The notes: generated by a model from the sequence alone, not told the origin. A DNA stretch of 64,000 bases from an uncultured Clostridia bacterium (GCA_947631765.1 CANRMP010000001.1:139587-203586); one strand, 5' to 3'. Numbered from the stretch's first letter, positions 1 through 9,975 are shown. Translations and numbers: made by a program.

Positions 1-205
1 CCTTTCTCTCCACATAAGCGTTTTCAAACTTATCTGTGGGGCTGAAAGAAGTCTCGACGACTGCTCCTGTAATTACGTTGCGCATTTTGGTTCTGACAAA
101 AGCGGCTCCTTTTCCGGGCTTGACATGCTGGAATTCAATTACCTGCATGACCTTACCGTCCATTTCGAATGTGACTCCGTTTCTGAAATCGCCTGCGGTG
201 ATCAT
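1..205 (-). CDS. efp: Elongation factor P, N-terminal part (gene runs off the window start)
   Basis: Minus-strand translation from the ATG at 205 gives [54 protein letters not shown]. This is the canonical EF-P N-terminus, including the KPGKG loop. A GGAGG Shine-Dalgarno lies about 8 nt upstream. Confidence 0.9.
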   Translation of the reverse strand, partial: MITAGDFRNGVTFEMDGKVMQVIEFQHVKPGKGAAFVRTKMRNVITGAVVETSFSPTDKFENAYVERK

Positions 206-287
206 ATTAAACTACCTCCAAAAGTGTCTTAAGTGTATATCTGTTATATTGTAATATATTTTTTAGGATTTTTCAATACCTTTTTGA

Positions 288-1769
288 TTATTTTCTCATA
301 TTTTTTGCAAAATCTCCGCCGGACGCCCTTTTTTTGCCTTCCGAGGGCGAAATATCCTCGATTTTAAGGGCTGCCTCGTGGGGGATCGGCTTCCACTCGA
401 CCTTTGAGAAAAGGGCAATTAGAAGCGAATAGCGCCCCATAAGGTCAAATATGGGAAAGGTTATGCAAAACCAGAGCTTTTTTATAAATTTCATGGGCAT
501 TATTCGTTTGTGCTCGATAATAAATATATATGCAGCCACAAGAATACTGCCCAAATATGTGTTGAGAGTCCAGCCGACAGTGAACAAAATCAGCAAAAGA
601 AAGGCAATAGGCGCGTTGTTTGCGGCAAGAGTTATGCCAAACGGCTTTAACATATATCGCAAAAACGTGGGCGCGCTTCCGGTTGCAGTGTACGTTGCGG
701 CGCCGAATATAAGTATAGTACGAAGGGTAAAAACCGTAAGACGTTTAAAAATCGAAAAAATCGAGCGGGGATAAATGGTTGTCAGCATGTCAAATGACAT
801 AAAGCGCATTCGAATGTTGTTGAAGACGCGCTTTGCGCCTGTCAGCTTGCTTTTATCCTTGACCTGCGCGCTGCTGTTTGCTATACCGTTTGTAAAAAAT
901 ATGTGATAAAACAGCTTGCCCGCGTTTTCGGTAAACGCTTGCAGATGCCCTTTTGCCCAGCGAATACGCTGTCTCATGGCGATTTTGAAGCTCACGGGCT
1001 GTTCGTCATAGAAAACTGCCGCGTTGCAGTAGGATATTTTGTAGCCCTTTGCCACCGCGTCGGCGCAAAACGCTCTGTCCTCGGTGAGGCTGGTATAATT
1101 CCAGCCGTCCTTTATTATGTCGTTGACAAAGAGAAAACCGGTACCCTGTATTCTTGTTGCAAGGTGGAAAACAGAGCGCGCCCGATGCTCGTTTCGAATA
1201 GTCCTCAGCCAGTGCAGAGCATAGGAGGCGGAAATCCAGTTATCGTCGAAATTTTTTGTGTGGCGATAGGAGGTTATGATTTTTTCTCCCGCGTCGAACG
1301 CCTCGTTCATACGGGTGATATAGTCCTCACTGAGCAGATTATCCGCATCAAATATAAAATATCCTTCAAATGAGTCGGTCCTGTAATCCCTTTCTATGCA
1401 CCGAACAAGATACTGAAGCGCATATCCCTTGGTTCTGTGCTCGGCGTCATGTCGCTCGTAGCATACAGCCCCTCTGTCTCTTGCGATATTTGCCGTATTG
1501 TCACTGCAATTGTCAGCAACAACGAAAACGCTCATAAGGTCCTTCGGATAGTCCTGCCCTTCAATGCTGTCAAGCAGGTTCCCGATAACCTTTTCTTCGT
1601 TTCTTGCCGCGATGAGAATGGCGTATTTGTGGCAGCGTTTTGCCTTGGGAAATTTACGGGTGAAGAATATTCCGGTTATCGCATAAATCGTTCTGTATGA
1701 GAAAAGATCGTCGATAAAGCCGAATATCGTATTGATTATTTTTATTATCTGGTTTAATATCGCGCTCAT
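288..1769 (-). CDS. Family-2 glycosyltransferase, processive synthase type (PgaC/IcaA/cellulose-synthase-like), integral membrane
   Basis: 493 aa. Motifs VVADNCSDNT and FDADNLL, plus a QxxRW motif (RQRIRWAKG). One N-terminal and several C-terminal hydrophobic helices. Confidence 0.8.
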   Translation of the reverse strand: MSAILNQIIKIINTIFGFIDDLFSYRTIYAITGIFFTRKFPKAKRCHKYAILIAARNEEKVIGNLLDSIEGQDYPKDLMSVFVVADNCSDNTANIARDRGAVCYERHDAEHRTKGYALQYLVRCIERDYRTDSFEGYFIFDADNLLSEDYITRMNEAFDAGEKIITSYRHTKNFDDNWISASYALHWLRTIRNEHRARSVFHLATRIQGTGFLFVNDIIKDGWNYTSLTEDRAFCADAVAKGYKISYCNAAVFYDEQPVSFKIAMRQRIRWAKGHLQAFTENAGKLFYHIFFTNGIANSSAQVKDKSKLTGAKRVFNNIRMRFMSFDMLTTIYPRSIFSIFKRLTVFTLRTILIFGAATYTATGSAPTFLRYMLKPFGITLAANNAPIAFLLLILFTVGWTLNTYLGSILVAAYIFIIEHKRIMPMKFIKKLWFCITFPIFDLMGRYSLLIALFSKVEWKPIPHEAALKIEDISPSEGKKRASGGDFAKNMRK

Positions 1770-1804
1770 TTACAGTATACTTCCCGGTTTATCAATATGG
1801 GATG

Positions 1805-2875
1805 TCAAAGGATAATAAGCTCCTTTGGCGCAAGCGTTATGTCCTTTGCGCCGTCCTTGGTGAAAATCACCATGTCCTCAATACGCACTCCGAAGCGCCC
1901 TTCAAGATATATGCCCGGCTCGCAGGTGACAACATGCCCGCTTTCAAAGGGTACATCGGAACCCGCGCTTACACCGGGAGCCTCGTGTATATCCATTCCC
2001 ACGCCGTGACCCAGTCCGTGACCGAAACAGCCCTCGTATCCCGCGGCGTTTATGATGTCCCTTGCAACCTTGTCAATTTCCTTGCCGGTTTTTCCGAGAG
2101 CATAGGAGTCAAGGGCTCTTAGCTGTGCCTCAAGCACCGTGTTGTAAACCTTTTTCATCTCGTCGGTGCATTTGCCGACAACGACGGTTCTTGTCATGTC
2201 GGAGCAGTATCCCTTGTAAAGCGCTCCGAAATCCATTGTGAGAAATCCGCTCTCAAGCTTTACATTGCGCGGAACGCCGTGCGGGCGGGAGGAGGCGGTG
2301 CCGGATACGGCAATCGTGTCAAAGGATACCGACTTTGCCCCGTGCGAGCGCATGTAAAATTCAAGCTCAAGAGCGACGTCGGCTTCGGTTCGCTCGGGAG
2401 TTATGTAACCTAAGATGTGGTCGAAGGCCTTTTCGGCAATTCTCTGCGCCGATATGATTTTTTCAATCTCGTCCTCGTCCTTTTTTATTCTCATTCTTGA
2501 TATGAGGTTGTTTGAAGGACAAAGGGTGTAGCCCTTAAAAATGCCGTCAAGCGCACTTTTTTCGGCGACAGTAACCTTATCCTCCTCAAAGGCTATTTTC
2601 CCGACTCCGTTTTCTTCAAGCAAATCGGAAAACATCTTGGCGCGTGGTCCCTTCATTGTCATGACCTCAAAGCCCGCCTCGGTTTCCTCTCTTGCCGCCT
2701 CAATATAGCGAAAATCGGTGAGAAGATAGGATTTTTTTCTCGTTATCAGCACATATCCGTCCTGAAAATCAAAGCCTGTCAGATAATATTGATTTTTCTC
2801 GCTTGTTACAAGCATTGCGTCAATATCAGGCTCGAGCATTGAAATGAGTCGTTCTCTTTTTGTTGTGTTTGACAT
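1805..2875 (-). CDS. M24 family Xaa-Pro aminopeptidase/dipeptidase
   Basis: 356 aa. Creatinase-like N-domain followed by a pita-bread domain with metal-ligand motifs (DFGALYKGYCSDMTRT, HGLGHGVGMDIHE, EPGIY, RIED). Confidence 0.9.
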   Translation of the reverse strand: MSNTTKRERLISMLEPDIDAMLVTSEKNQYYLTGFDFQDGYVLITRKKSYLLTDFRYIEAAREETEAGFEVMTMKGPRAKMFSDLLEENGVGKIAFEEDKVTVAEKSALDGIFKGYTLCPSNNLISRMRIKKDEDEIEKIISAQRIAEKAFDHILGYITPERTEADVALELEFYMRSHGAKSVSFDTIAVSGTASSRPHGVPRNVKLESGFLTMDFGALYKGYCSDMTRTVVVGKCTDEMKKVYNTVLEAQLRALDSYALGKTGKEIDKVARDIINAAGYEGCFGHGLGHGVGMDIHEAPGVSAGSDVPFESGHVVTCEPGIYLEGRFGVRIEDMVIFTKDGAKDITLAPKELIIL

Positions 2876-2894
2876 ATCATCACCCCATTAATTT

Positions 2895-3749
2895 TTACTG
2901 CGAAATAAGCAGACTTTTATAATAATTTTTCATTGTAAGCGCATCCTCAGCCATGGTTCCGTCCGATTCGCATATGATTCTCGGCGAATATCCGTCTTTA
3001 TATATCGCCTCCATAAGCGGTTCAAAGTCGGGTCCGAAGGTTTTGTCCCCAAAGGTAAGATGCCTCTTTTCTCCTGCCGCCGTGTACTCTATTTTTGAAA
3101 AATGGCAGTGAAGGGAGTCGGCGTACTCATATCCGAGCGCTCTTCCGACAGCGTCGAAAACCCTTCTGTAGTCGTCGGAGGATTTAAAAAGATTTCCTAA
3201 ATTTCGCGCGTTCATATGCCCGAAATCAATAACCGGACACAGCCTTTTGTCGATTTTGCAGATATCTATAACCTCACAAAGCGTGCCGAGCTGTCCGAGC
3301 TTGCCCATGGTTTCAAGTCCGAATTTTACGGACGTGTCGGGAAAGGCAACAAGCGCACGGCTCATTGTGTCTTTTGCGAGGCTTACAGCCTCCTCCCGAC
3401 TGATTTTTGAAGCGCTTCCGGTGTGAATGACTATGATATCTGCGCCCATTGCCTCGCTTGCCCAAAGGGATTTTTTAATATAATCAAGGCTTTTGAGCCG
3501 TTTTTCGGGCTCAGTTCCCGACAGGGATATAAAATACGGAGTGTGGAAGGAGAGCTTTATATTGTACGCCGCCGCCTCCTGTCCTATCTTTTGAAAGGTT
3601 TCAAGAGAGCCGACAACGCCGTTTCCCGCGCTGTACTCATAGCAGTCAAGTCCCATTTGAGAAAGCCACTCGGGCGCTTCATAGGTGTGCTTTTTGCCCG
3701 CGGCATAAAAAGATTTTGAATTTCCGCTCGGTCCGAATATTGCCGACAT
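2895..3749 (-). CDS. TIM-barrel protein of the endonuclease IV / xylose-isomerase-like fold
   Basis: 284 aa. Motifs resemble Nfo-family metal sites: IVIHTGS, GLETMGKLGQLG, IDFGHMNAR, HCHFSKIEYTAAGEKRH. Confidence 0.65.
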   Translation of the reverse strand: MSAIFGPSGNSKSFYAAGKKHTYEAPEWLSQMGLDCYEYSAGNGVVGSLETFQKIGQEAAAYNIKLSFHTPYFISLSGTEPEKRLKSLDYIKKSLWASEAMGADIIVIHTGSASKISREEAVSLAKDTMSRALVAFPDTSVKFGLETMGKLGQLGTLCEVIDICKIDKRLCPVIDFGHMNARNLGNLFKSSDDYRRVFDAVGRALGYEYADSLHCHFSKIEYTAAGEKRHLTFGDKTFGPDFEPLMEAIYKDGYSPRIICESDGTMAEDALTMKNYYKSLLISQ

Positions 3750-3767
3750 ATTATTATCCTTTCAGCT

Positions 3768-4316
3768 TTATTTATATTTGTTGCCCGTCTTCTCGTGCCA
3801 AAGCCTGCAAAGCTCCCCTTGGTCGGGGTGTTTTTTCCAGTACGGGCGCATAAAATACTTTTCGATTCTTCGCTTGAATTTAAAAAAACTGCCTGTGCGG
3901 TCCTTTATGGGCGGCACGTTTACCGAGAGAATACCGAGAGACGCCGCCGCCATGGAATCGGTCAGTATCTGATCGCCAAGCATTGCCGCCTGACTTTTTT
4001 TGATCCCGTTTTCCTTAAGCAGACGAAGAGGCGCACAGGGAAGCGGCTTTTTGGCCTTTGCTATATAAGGGTAGCCAAGCTCTCTGTTAAAAGCCTCCAC
4101 CCGCTCCGGGCAGTTGTTTGAGACAAAGGCAAAGCCTATACCGCTTTTTTTCATGTTCTCAAACCACTCCATAAGTTCTTTCGGAGGCGTGATATCGTCG
4201 TATGTAACAAGAGTGTTGTCTATATCGCACAATACAAAGCTCACGCCGTGTTTGATAAAGAAATTCGGCGTTATGTCGTATATACTTGAAAAAAGATAGT
4301 CAGGGGTTCCGAACAT
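3768..4316 (-). CDS. YqeG-family HAD-IIIA phosphatase
   Basis: 182 aa. HAD motif I (LCDIDNTLV), VSNN, and motif III (MLGDQILTD). Size and layout are typical of YqeG. Confidence 0.85.
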   Translation of the reverse strand: MFGTPDYLFSSIYDITPNFFIKHGVSFVLCDIDNTLVTYDDITPPKELMEWFENMKKSGIGFAFVSNNCPERVEAFNRELGYPYIAKAKKPLPCAPLRLLKENGIKKSQAAMLGDQILTDSMAAASLGILSVNVPPIKDRTGSFFKFKRRIEKYFMRPYWKKHPDQGELCRLWHEKTGNKYK

Positions 4317-4503
4317 TCTTGTTACCTCACTTGCGATGCCACTATTTTATCACAAAATCCCGCGCTTGTAAATAGAAAAAATGTTTATGTTGAAAAAAAG
4401 ACCATTTTGAGCTGCTATAATTGGATATTTGTGCAGAGTTTATGATTTTACCTTGAATTTAATTGTAAACTTGATTATAATGAACAAAAAAAGGAGAGTA
4501 CCT

Positions 4504-5508
4504 ATGAGAAAACGAATACTCATTTTACTTTTAATTATATCGATTTTGACTTCTACGCTTAGCGTTTTGGCTTTTGCCGACGAATTTGCAAGGCAAACAA
4601 TAGAGGTCGGAAGCGCGACGGTTGACGGTGAAATATCAAGCGGTGAATGGGACAAAGCCGAAAAAATCGCCGTAAACCGTGCGGCGACTGCGGATTGCAG
4701 GGACAAGCAATGCGTCGAGGGCGCTTCTACAGTCTCTTTTCGCGCCATGTGGGACGCAAGTCACCTCTATCTGCTTTTTGAGATAGAGGACGATCAATTG
4801 GTTGTGAACGAAAATAAATCGACCTCATACAGAAACGACAGCGTTTTTGTGTATATCGGTGAGGACGATTCGGATTTTTCTTCTTATTCCGACGCGACTT
4901 ATATGCTGTGTCTGTTCCCGTATTTTGAGGAGACCGACTACGACAGCTATAACGAAAACGGAAAATCCGGCACAATTATCTGCCGTAACGGCGAACACGA
5001 CGTAACAAAGGATCAATACAAATGCCGCATAACCGGAAACGAGGAGAGCGGATATTCAATAGTAATGGAGGCTGCCATTGCTTTTGGCGCTGTAAATCCG
5101 GTGGGGGATATGTCCATTGCCTTTGATATTCAATACAACGATTCAAATAGTGCCAAATACGGCTCCACCGAGAACAACCGTGAAGCGATATGGACCTGGT
5201 CGGCAGTAGGCGGGGACAATAAAGGACCCGTTACAAACTTTTCTCTGTGGGGCGCAATGAAGCTGTCCGACCCCGAAGGGAGCATAACGCCGCCCGAGGA
5301 CCCCGAACCGACTCCCGATAATCCCGAGGTGACAACGACAAAGGCGACGGGTTCCGAAAATACGCCGACAGTTACGGATAAACCTTCATCAAATGTCGAA
5401 AATAAAGACGGCTCCTCCTTGGTATTGCCCATTGTAATCGCAATTTTGGCGGTGGTCGTCGTCGGAGCTGTAATTGCAGTGGTTGTTGTCAAGAAAAAGA
5501 AAAGCTGA
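4504..5508 (+). CDS. Surface protein with a CBM9/DOMON-like sugar-binding domain, a Pro/Thr linker and a C-terminal TM anchor
   Basis: I prefer the ATG at 4504, which has AGGAGAG 6 nt upstream, over the track start at 4429. Signal peptide MRKRILILLLIISILTSTLSVLAFA. Motifs EWDKAE and FRAMWDASHLYLLFEIEDD are CBM9-like. PEDPEPTPDNPEVTTT linker, then the hydrophobic tail VLPIVIAILAVVVVGAVIAVVVV-KKKKS. Confidence 0.6.
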   Translation: MRKRILILLLIISILTSTLSVLAFADEFARQTIEVGSATVDGEISSGEWDKAEKIAVNRAATADCRDKQCVEGASTVSFRAMWDASHLYLLFEIEDDQLVVNENKSTSYRNDSVFVYIGEDDSDFSSYSDATYMLCLFPYFEETDYDSYNENGKSGTIICRNGEHDVTKDQYKCRITGNEESGYSIVMEAAIAFGAVNPVGDMSIAFDIQYNDSNSAKYGSTENNREAIWTWSAVGGDNKGPVTNFSLWGAMKLSDPEGSITPPEDPEPTPDNPEVTTTKATGSENTPTVTDKPSSNVENKDGSSLVLPIVIAILAVVVVGAVIAVVVVKKKKS

Positions 5509-5589
5509 GCTTTAAGTTAACAAATACCGTACATGCAAAGCCAAGACTCGCAGATTGTACGAATTTTGAAATTTTTCACGGAGAAAAAT

Positions 5590-7767
5590 ATGAAAGTGTT
5601 AAAAACAGCTTCTTCATTGCTGCTGGTTGTCGTTCTTCTGCTGCAATTTACAGCCTGCAAGAATGAGGGAAAAAACGAACGGGAGGAGCCTGATGTGTTC
5701 ACCTATTCAACAGAAGATGAAAGCGGTTACGATCTGTGGCTTCGCTACCCTACCGTTTCTTCGGCAAACTATCTCAAAAAGGCGAGGGAGCTTATAAGCT
5801 ACATATTGATGCCTGATACCTCGCGTGAGGTGCTGTACAGCGCATATTCGGAGCTTCAAAGGGGGCTTTCCGGACTGCTCGGAACAGACGAAATTCCGAC
5901 AAAGGAAGAAATAGACAAGTCGGGAGCGCTGATACTCGGTGTGGCGGATGATCCCATTGTTTCGGAAATTGCCTCAAAAAACAGTCTTTCGGTGACCGAT
6001 ACCGACGGCTATTTAATAAAAAAGGTCAATATTAACGGCAGTGATGCGACGCTGATTTTGGGTCAGAGCGACAGCGGAGTTCTTTACGGGGCTTTCAAGC
6101 TCCTTGAAATACTTTCAACACAGGAGGATATTTCCTCACTTAGTGTTTCTGACGCGCCGAAAATCAAGTGGCGTGTTCTTAACCAATGGGATAACTGGGA
6201 CGGCAGTATTGAGCGAGGGTACTCGGGTAAATCGATATACGACTGGGGAACGCTTCCCAAAATAAAAGACAGCCGCCTAACGGATTTCGCCCGTGCTAAC
6301 GCCTCTGTCGGAATCAATACCGTTGTGATAAACAACGTCAATACAAGCAACAACTATATAAACAGCAGGTATTTAAGCAAGATTGCCGCCGTTGCCGACG
6401 TGTACAGGCGCTACGGCATACGCCTTGCGCTAAGCGTAAATTTTGACGCGCCCTCGGCTTTAGGAAATCTTACTACCAACGACCCGCTAAGTAAAGACGT
6501 TATCAAATGGTGGCAGGATAAGACTGCCGAGATATATGCGGCAATTCCGGATTTTGCGGGGTTCCTTATAAAGGCGGATTCCGAGGGGCGCTCCGGTCCC
6601 TCAAAGTATCAGCGCACCCACGCCGAGGGAGCTAATATGCTCGCCGACGCGCTTGAGCCGTACGGCGGTATAGTAATGTGGCGCGCTTTCGTTTACGGCG
6701 ACGTTGCAAAAAAGCTCTCGGACGATATATGCAATCAGTCGTATGAGTTCTTTAAACCGCAGGACGAACAATTTAAGGATAATGTGATAATTCAAAGCAA
6801 GAACGGTCCCCGCGATTTTCTGCCCCGTGAGCCTGTTTCACCGCTGTTTGGCGGAATGAAGCAGACAAATATGGGAATTGAGTTTCAGATTACACAGGAA
6901 TATACGGGGCAAAATACCGATCTTTGCTATCTTGTCTCTCAATGGAAATACTATCTTGATTTTGACCTGATGCTAAATGACAGCCCGAAGGATATTCCCA
7001 CAACGCTTTCTCAGATTTTGCAGGGAAATATCTATTCAGAGACAAACACGCTGATAGCGGGAGTTTCCAATGTCGGTAGCTGCGAGAGCTGGAATGACGG
7101 ACTGCTGTCTCAGGCAAACTGGTACGGATTCGGCAGGCTGGCATGGAACCCGGAGCTTACAGAAAAGGAAATCACCGAGACTTGGATCAAAATGACCTTC
7201 AATAATCAGGAAGACGTGGTGAATACAATTTCAAAAATTCTCTACGGCTCCTGGGAGCTGTATGAATCGTACACCTCACCCTATGCAATGGGCATGACGG
7301 CTGCGGTGAGCAACCATTACGACCCCGACCTGTCCTATCGCAACAGTAACGGCACAATTTGTGTGGATCGCGCGGGGATAGGAAATAATCGCAGCTCTAC
7401 AAGTAAAGGAAATAAAACCGACGCCACCGCGCAGTACTCCGAGGAGCTTGCGGCAATTTTAAATAACATTGACACCTGCCCCGAGGAGCTTATATGTTGG
7501 TTTCACCATGTTTCGCCAAAGCGGGTAATGTCAAACGGCAAAACCCTTATCGACAATATTTACGAGGGGCTTGTAGCTGCGCCTCAGGCGGTTTCGGATA
7601 TGAAAACGGCGATTTTGTCGCTGAAAGGGGAAATAGATGACAAGCGGTTTGCAATGATTGTTAAGGATTTTGACGAGCAATATAATAACAGTACGCGCTG
7701 GTCAGAGGCAATGATAAAGTTTTTTGAACAGCAAACAAAAATTACCTGTACCGCACAGGGCAGCTGA
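5590..7767 (+). CDS. aguA: GH67 alpha-glucuronidase, predicted lipoprotein
   Basis: Start chosen at MKVLKTASS (5590). Lipobox LLQFTAC. GH67 hallmark strings GYDLWLRY, LNQWDNWDGSIERGYSG, FLIKADSEGRSGP and GIEFQITQEY. Confidence 0.88.
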   Translation: MKVLKTASSLLLVVVLLLQFTACKNEGKNEREEPDVFTYSTEDESGYDLWLRYPTVSSANYLKKARELISYILMPDTSREVLYSAYSELQRGLSGLLGTDEIPTKEEIDKSGALILGVADDPIVSEIASKNSLSVTDTDGYLIKKVNINGSDATLILGQSDSGVLYGAFKLLEILSTQEDISSLSVSDAPKIKWRVLNQWDNWDGSIERGYSGKSIYDWGTLPKIKDSRLTDFARANASVGINTVVINNVNTSNNYINSRYLSKIAAVADVYRRYGIRLALSVNFDAPSALGNLTTNDPLSKDVIKWWQDKTAEIYAAIPDFAGFLIKADSEGRSGPSKYQRTHAEGANMLADALEPYGGIVMWRAFVYGDVAKKLSDDICNQSYEFFKPQDEQFKDNVIIQSKNGPRDFLPREPVSPLFGGMKQTNMGIEFQITQEYTGQNTDLCYLVSQWKYYLDFDLMLNDSPKDIPTTLSQILQGNIYSETNTLIAGVSNVGSCESWNDGLLSQANWYGFGRLAWNPELTEKEITETWIKMTFNNQEDVVNTISKILYGSWELYESYTSPYAMGMTAAVSNHYDPDLSYRNSNGTICVDRAGIGNNRSSTSKGNKTDATAQYSEELAAILNNIDTCPEELICWFHHVSPKRVMSNGKTLIDNIYEGLVAAPQAVSDMKTAILSLKGEIDDKRFAMIVKDFDEQYNNSTRWSEAMIKFFEQQTKITCTAQGS

Positions 7768-7824
7768 GTTTTTACTAACAAGCGGCAAGAGAGCGGCTTT
7801 TGCCGAAAACACTATAAAAAATCC

Positions 7825-7858
7825 GACCACGGGAATAATCCCGTGGTCAAATTTTTTT
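7825..7858 (+). terminator. Rho-independent terminator after aguA
   Basis: Stem GACCACGGGA / TCCCGTGGTC with loop ATAA, followed by a T7 run. Confidence 0.8.
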
Positions 7859-7944
7859 AAAGCACATGTGGAATTTGCCGAATATTAAAGAAAGAATATG
7901 AAATAATTAATATTGGAAATCACAAAGAAAGGCAGTGCTCGTTT

Positions 7945-8391
7945 ATGAGTGTAAATAAACAAAAGTACAAAAAATATGTCGAAAAGAGCGCGAAAAAGTC
8001 TCCGATAGTCAAAAACTGCGTCAAGGCGTTTCTTGTGGGAGGACTTATTTGCGCCATAGGACAGGCGCTGATGCAGCTTTATATGTATCTTGACATTTCA
8101 GAGGAGGTTTCGAAAGCCCTCGTTTCGGTGTCGCTTATCTTTATAACCGCGCTTCTTACCGGCTTCGGAATATTCGACAATATAGCAAAGCACGCGGGCG
8201 CGGGCACTCTCGTTCCCATAACCGGCTTTGCAAATTCGGTAGTCTCGCCGGCGCTTGACAATAAGTCGGAGGGCTGGATAATGGGGCTCGGGGCTAAGAT
8301 TTTCATAATTGCGGGACCTGTCATTTTGTACGGAACGACTGCAAGCGTCATATACGGGGTTATATATTACCTGTGTAAAGTACTTCTGTAA
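7945..8391 (+). CDS. spoVAC: Stage V sporulation protein AC
   Basis: 148 aa, 4 TM. The N-terminus KYKKYVEKSAKKSPIVKNCVKAFLVGGLICAIGQ and the motif VPITGFANSV are typical of SpoVAC. Confidence 0.9.
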   Translation: MSVNKQKYKKYVEKSAKKSPIVKNCVKAFLVGGLICAIGQALMQLYMYLDISEEVSKALVSVSLIFITALLTGFGIFDNIAKHAGAGTLVPITGFANSVVSPALDNKSEGWIMGLGAKIFIIAGPVILYGTTASVIYGVIYYLCKVLL

Positions 8392-8444
8392 AAAAAATAC
8401 GGGCGCGCCGCGTGAAAGACAAAAAGAAAGGAACAGTCATAAAA

Positions 8445-9440
8445 ATGATAATAAAACTGAAAAGCGCTCCGACAATTACGACCTCTTCCTGTGTCGGAGG
8501 GAAAGAAGAGCGGCGGGGACCGCTCGGCGACAAGCTGGATTTTTACGACGAGTCCGACAAATTCGACTGCGACACATGGGAAAAATCCGAAAGCGAGATG
8601 CAAAGAAGAGCGTTTAATCACCTTCTTTCTAAAAGAAAATTGCAAATATCGGACATAGACGTGCTTATTGCGGGAGATTTAATCAATCAGTGCACCTCGT
8701 CAAGCTATGGGCTTTTAAGCTTTGACATTCCGTATATCGGAATATTCGGGGCGTGCTCCACCGCGGCGCTCGGTCTGGGGCTTTGCGGTATACTCTGCGA
8801 CGGGGGATATACAAAAAACGCGGCGATAGTCACAAGCTCGCATTTTTGCTCCGCAGAGAGGCAGTTCCGTTTCCCGCTTGAATACGGCTCTCAGCGCCCG
8901 CCCACAGCCCAGCATACCGCCACCGCCGCAGGCGCCTTTCTTATCGAAAAAGAGGGAAAAGGGGCGCATATTGACGAGGTGATGTTTGGAATAACGGTTG
9001 ACGCGGGAATTTCAGACGCCAATAATATGGGAGCGGCAATGGCTCCCGCGGCTGTGGATACGCTTTTAAAATATTTCAGAGAGAGCGGCACGGGACTCGA
9101 GGACTATGACCTAATTGTAACCGGCGATCTCGGATACGAGGGACACAGAATTGTTACCGAAATGATGCATACTTTAGGCTACGATATGAGCGGCGTTTAC
9201 AACGACTGCGGGCTTATGCTGTACGACAGGCAAAAGCAGGATATGCACGCGGGAGCCTCGGGATGCGGATGCAGTGCATTTGCAATGGCGGCGTCTGTTC
9301 TTCCGGATATAGTTTCGGGAAAGTACAAAAACGTACTTTTTTTGGGAAGCGGAGCGCTGCTGAGTCAGGCGAGCGTGCTTCAGGGAGAAAATATTCCCGG
9401 AGTTGTGCATCTTGTAAAGCTTTCTCACAGGGAGGGATGA
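8445..9440 (+). CDS. spoVAD: Stage V sporulation protein AD (thiolase-like fold)
   Basis: An ATG at 8445 (MIIKLKSAPTITTS) with AAAGGAA upstream fits the SpoVAD N-terminus better than the GTG at 8412. Thiolase-like GACSTAA. Its position between spoVAC and spoVAE is as expected. Confidence 0.85.
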   Translation: MIIKLKSAPTITTSSCVGGKEERRGPLGDKLDFYDESDKFDCDTWEKSESEMQRRAFNHLLSKRKLQISDIDVLIAGDLINQCTSSSYGLLSFDIPYIGIFGACSTAALGLGLCGILCDGGYTKNAAIVTSSHFCSAERQFRFPLEYGSQRPPTAQHTATAAGAFLIEKEGKGAHIDEVMFGITVDAGISDANNMGAAMAPAAVDTLLKYFRESGTGLEDYDLIVTGDLGYEGHRIVTEMMHTLGYDMSGVYNDCGLMLYDRQKQDMHAGASGCGCSAFAMAASVLPDIVSGKYKNVLFLGSGALLSQASVLQGENIPGVVHLVKLSHREG

Positions 9441-9808
9441 TAATGGGAATTTTTCTTGATTACGTTTATGCGTTCGCGGTGGGCGGAGCCTTTTGCGTTG
9501 TCGCCCAGATATTGATTGATAAAACAAAGCTCACTCCGGCAAGAATCCTTGTCGCCTTTGTTGTGTCGGGAGTTGTGCTCGGAGGAATGGGAATTTACAA
9601 ATATATAGCCGACTTTGCGGGCGCCGGAGCGAGCGTTCCTCTTACCGGATTCGGATACGCACTTTCCGAAGGGGTAAAAAAAGCCATAGATGAAAAGGGA
9701 GCTATAGGTATATTAACCGGCGGACTTTCCGCCACCGCCGCGGGGATTGCTACGTCAATGGTTTTGGCGCTTCTTACGGCGCTTATCTTTAAGAGCAAAA
9801 ATAAATAA
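9437..9808 (+). CDS. spoVAE: Stage V sporulation protein AE (SpoVAEB type)
   Basis: ATGA overlap with the spoVAD stop. Sequence FAVGGAFCVVAQILIDKTKLTPARILV...FAGAGASVPLTGFG matches the SpoVAEB pattern. The track ORF starting at 9263 is an upstream over-extension. Confidence 0.85.
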   Translation: MIMGIFLDYVYAFAVGGAFCVVAQILIDKTKLTPARILVAFVVSGVVLGGMGIYKYIADFAGAGASVPLTGFGYALSEGVKKAIDEKGAIGILTGGLSATAAGIATSMVLALLTALIFKSKNK

Positions 9809-9899
9809 GGATATAAAACGGGGCTTTTTGCAATGCGGCGCAAGGCTCCGCTTTCTTTTGAGAAAAAAAATAATATTATCGGCGGGCATATTCTCGGGA

Positions 9900-9928
9900 T
9901 TGACAAATCGATGATTAAAAGGTATAAT
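9900..9928 (+). promoter_or_regulatory. Consensus sigma-A type promoter upstream of mgsA
   Basis: TTGACA (9900-9905), a 17-nt spacer, then TATAAT (9923-9928). Confidence 0.7.
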
Positions 9929-9975
9929 AATTTGTGAAAGAAAAAAGATAAAAGTACTTTTGAAAGGCAAATAAT

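Noticed and set aside
36-254. A 72-aa plus-strand ORF at the window start.
   Set aside because: It is antisense to the unmistakable efp N-terminus.
5130-5492. A 120-aa Thr/Gly/Ser-rich minus-strand ORF.
   Set aside because: It is a shadow of the Pro/Thr linker and TM-anchor coding region of the CBM9-like gene.
8309-8645. Overlapping ORFs of about 100 aa on both strands at the spoVAC/spoVAD junction.
   Set aside because: Their translations are Arg/Lys-rich and low in complexity. The region is explained by the spoVAC 3' end, a short intergenic spacer and the spoVAD 5' end.
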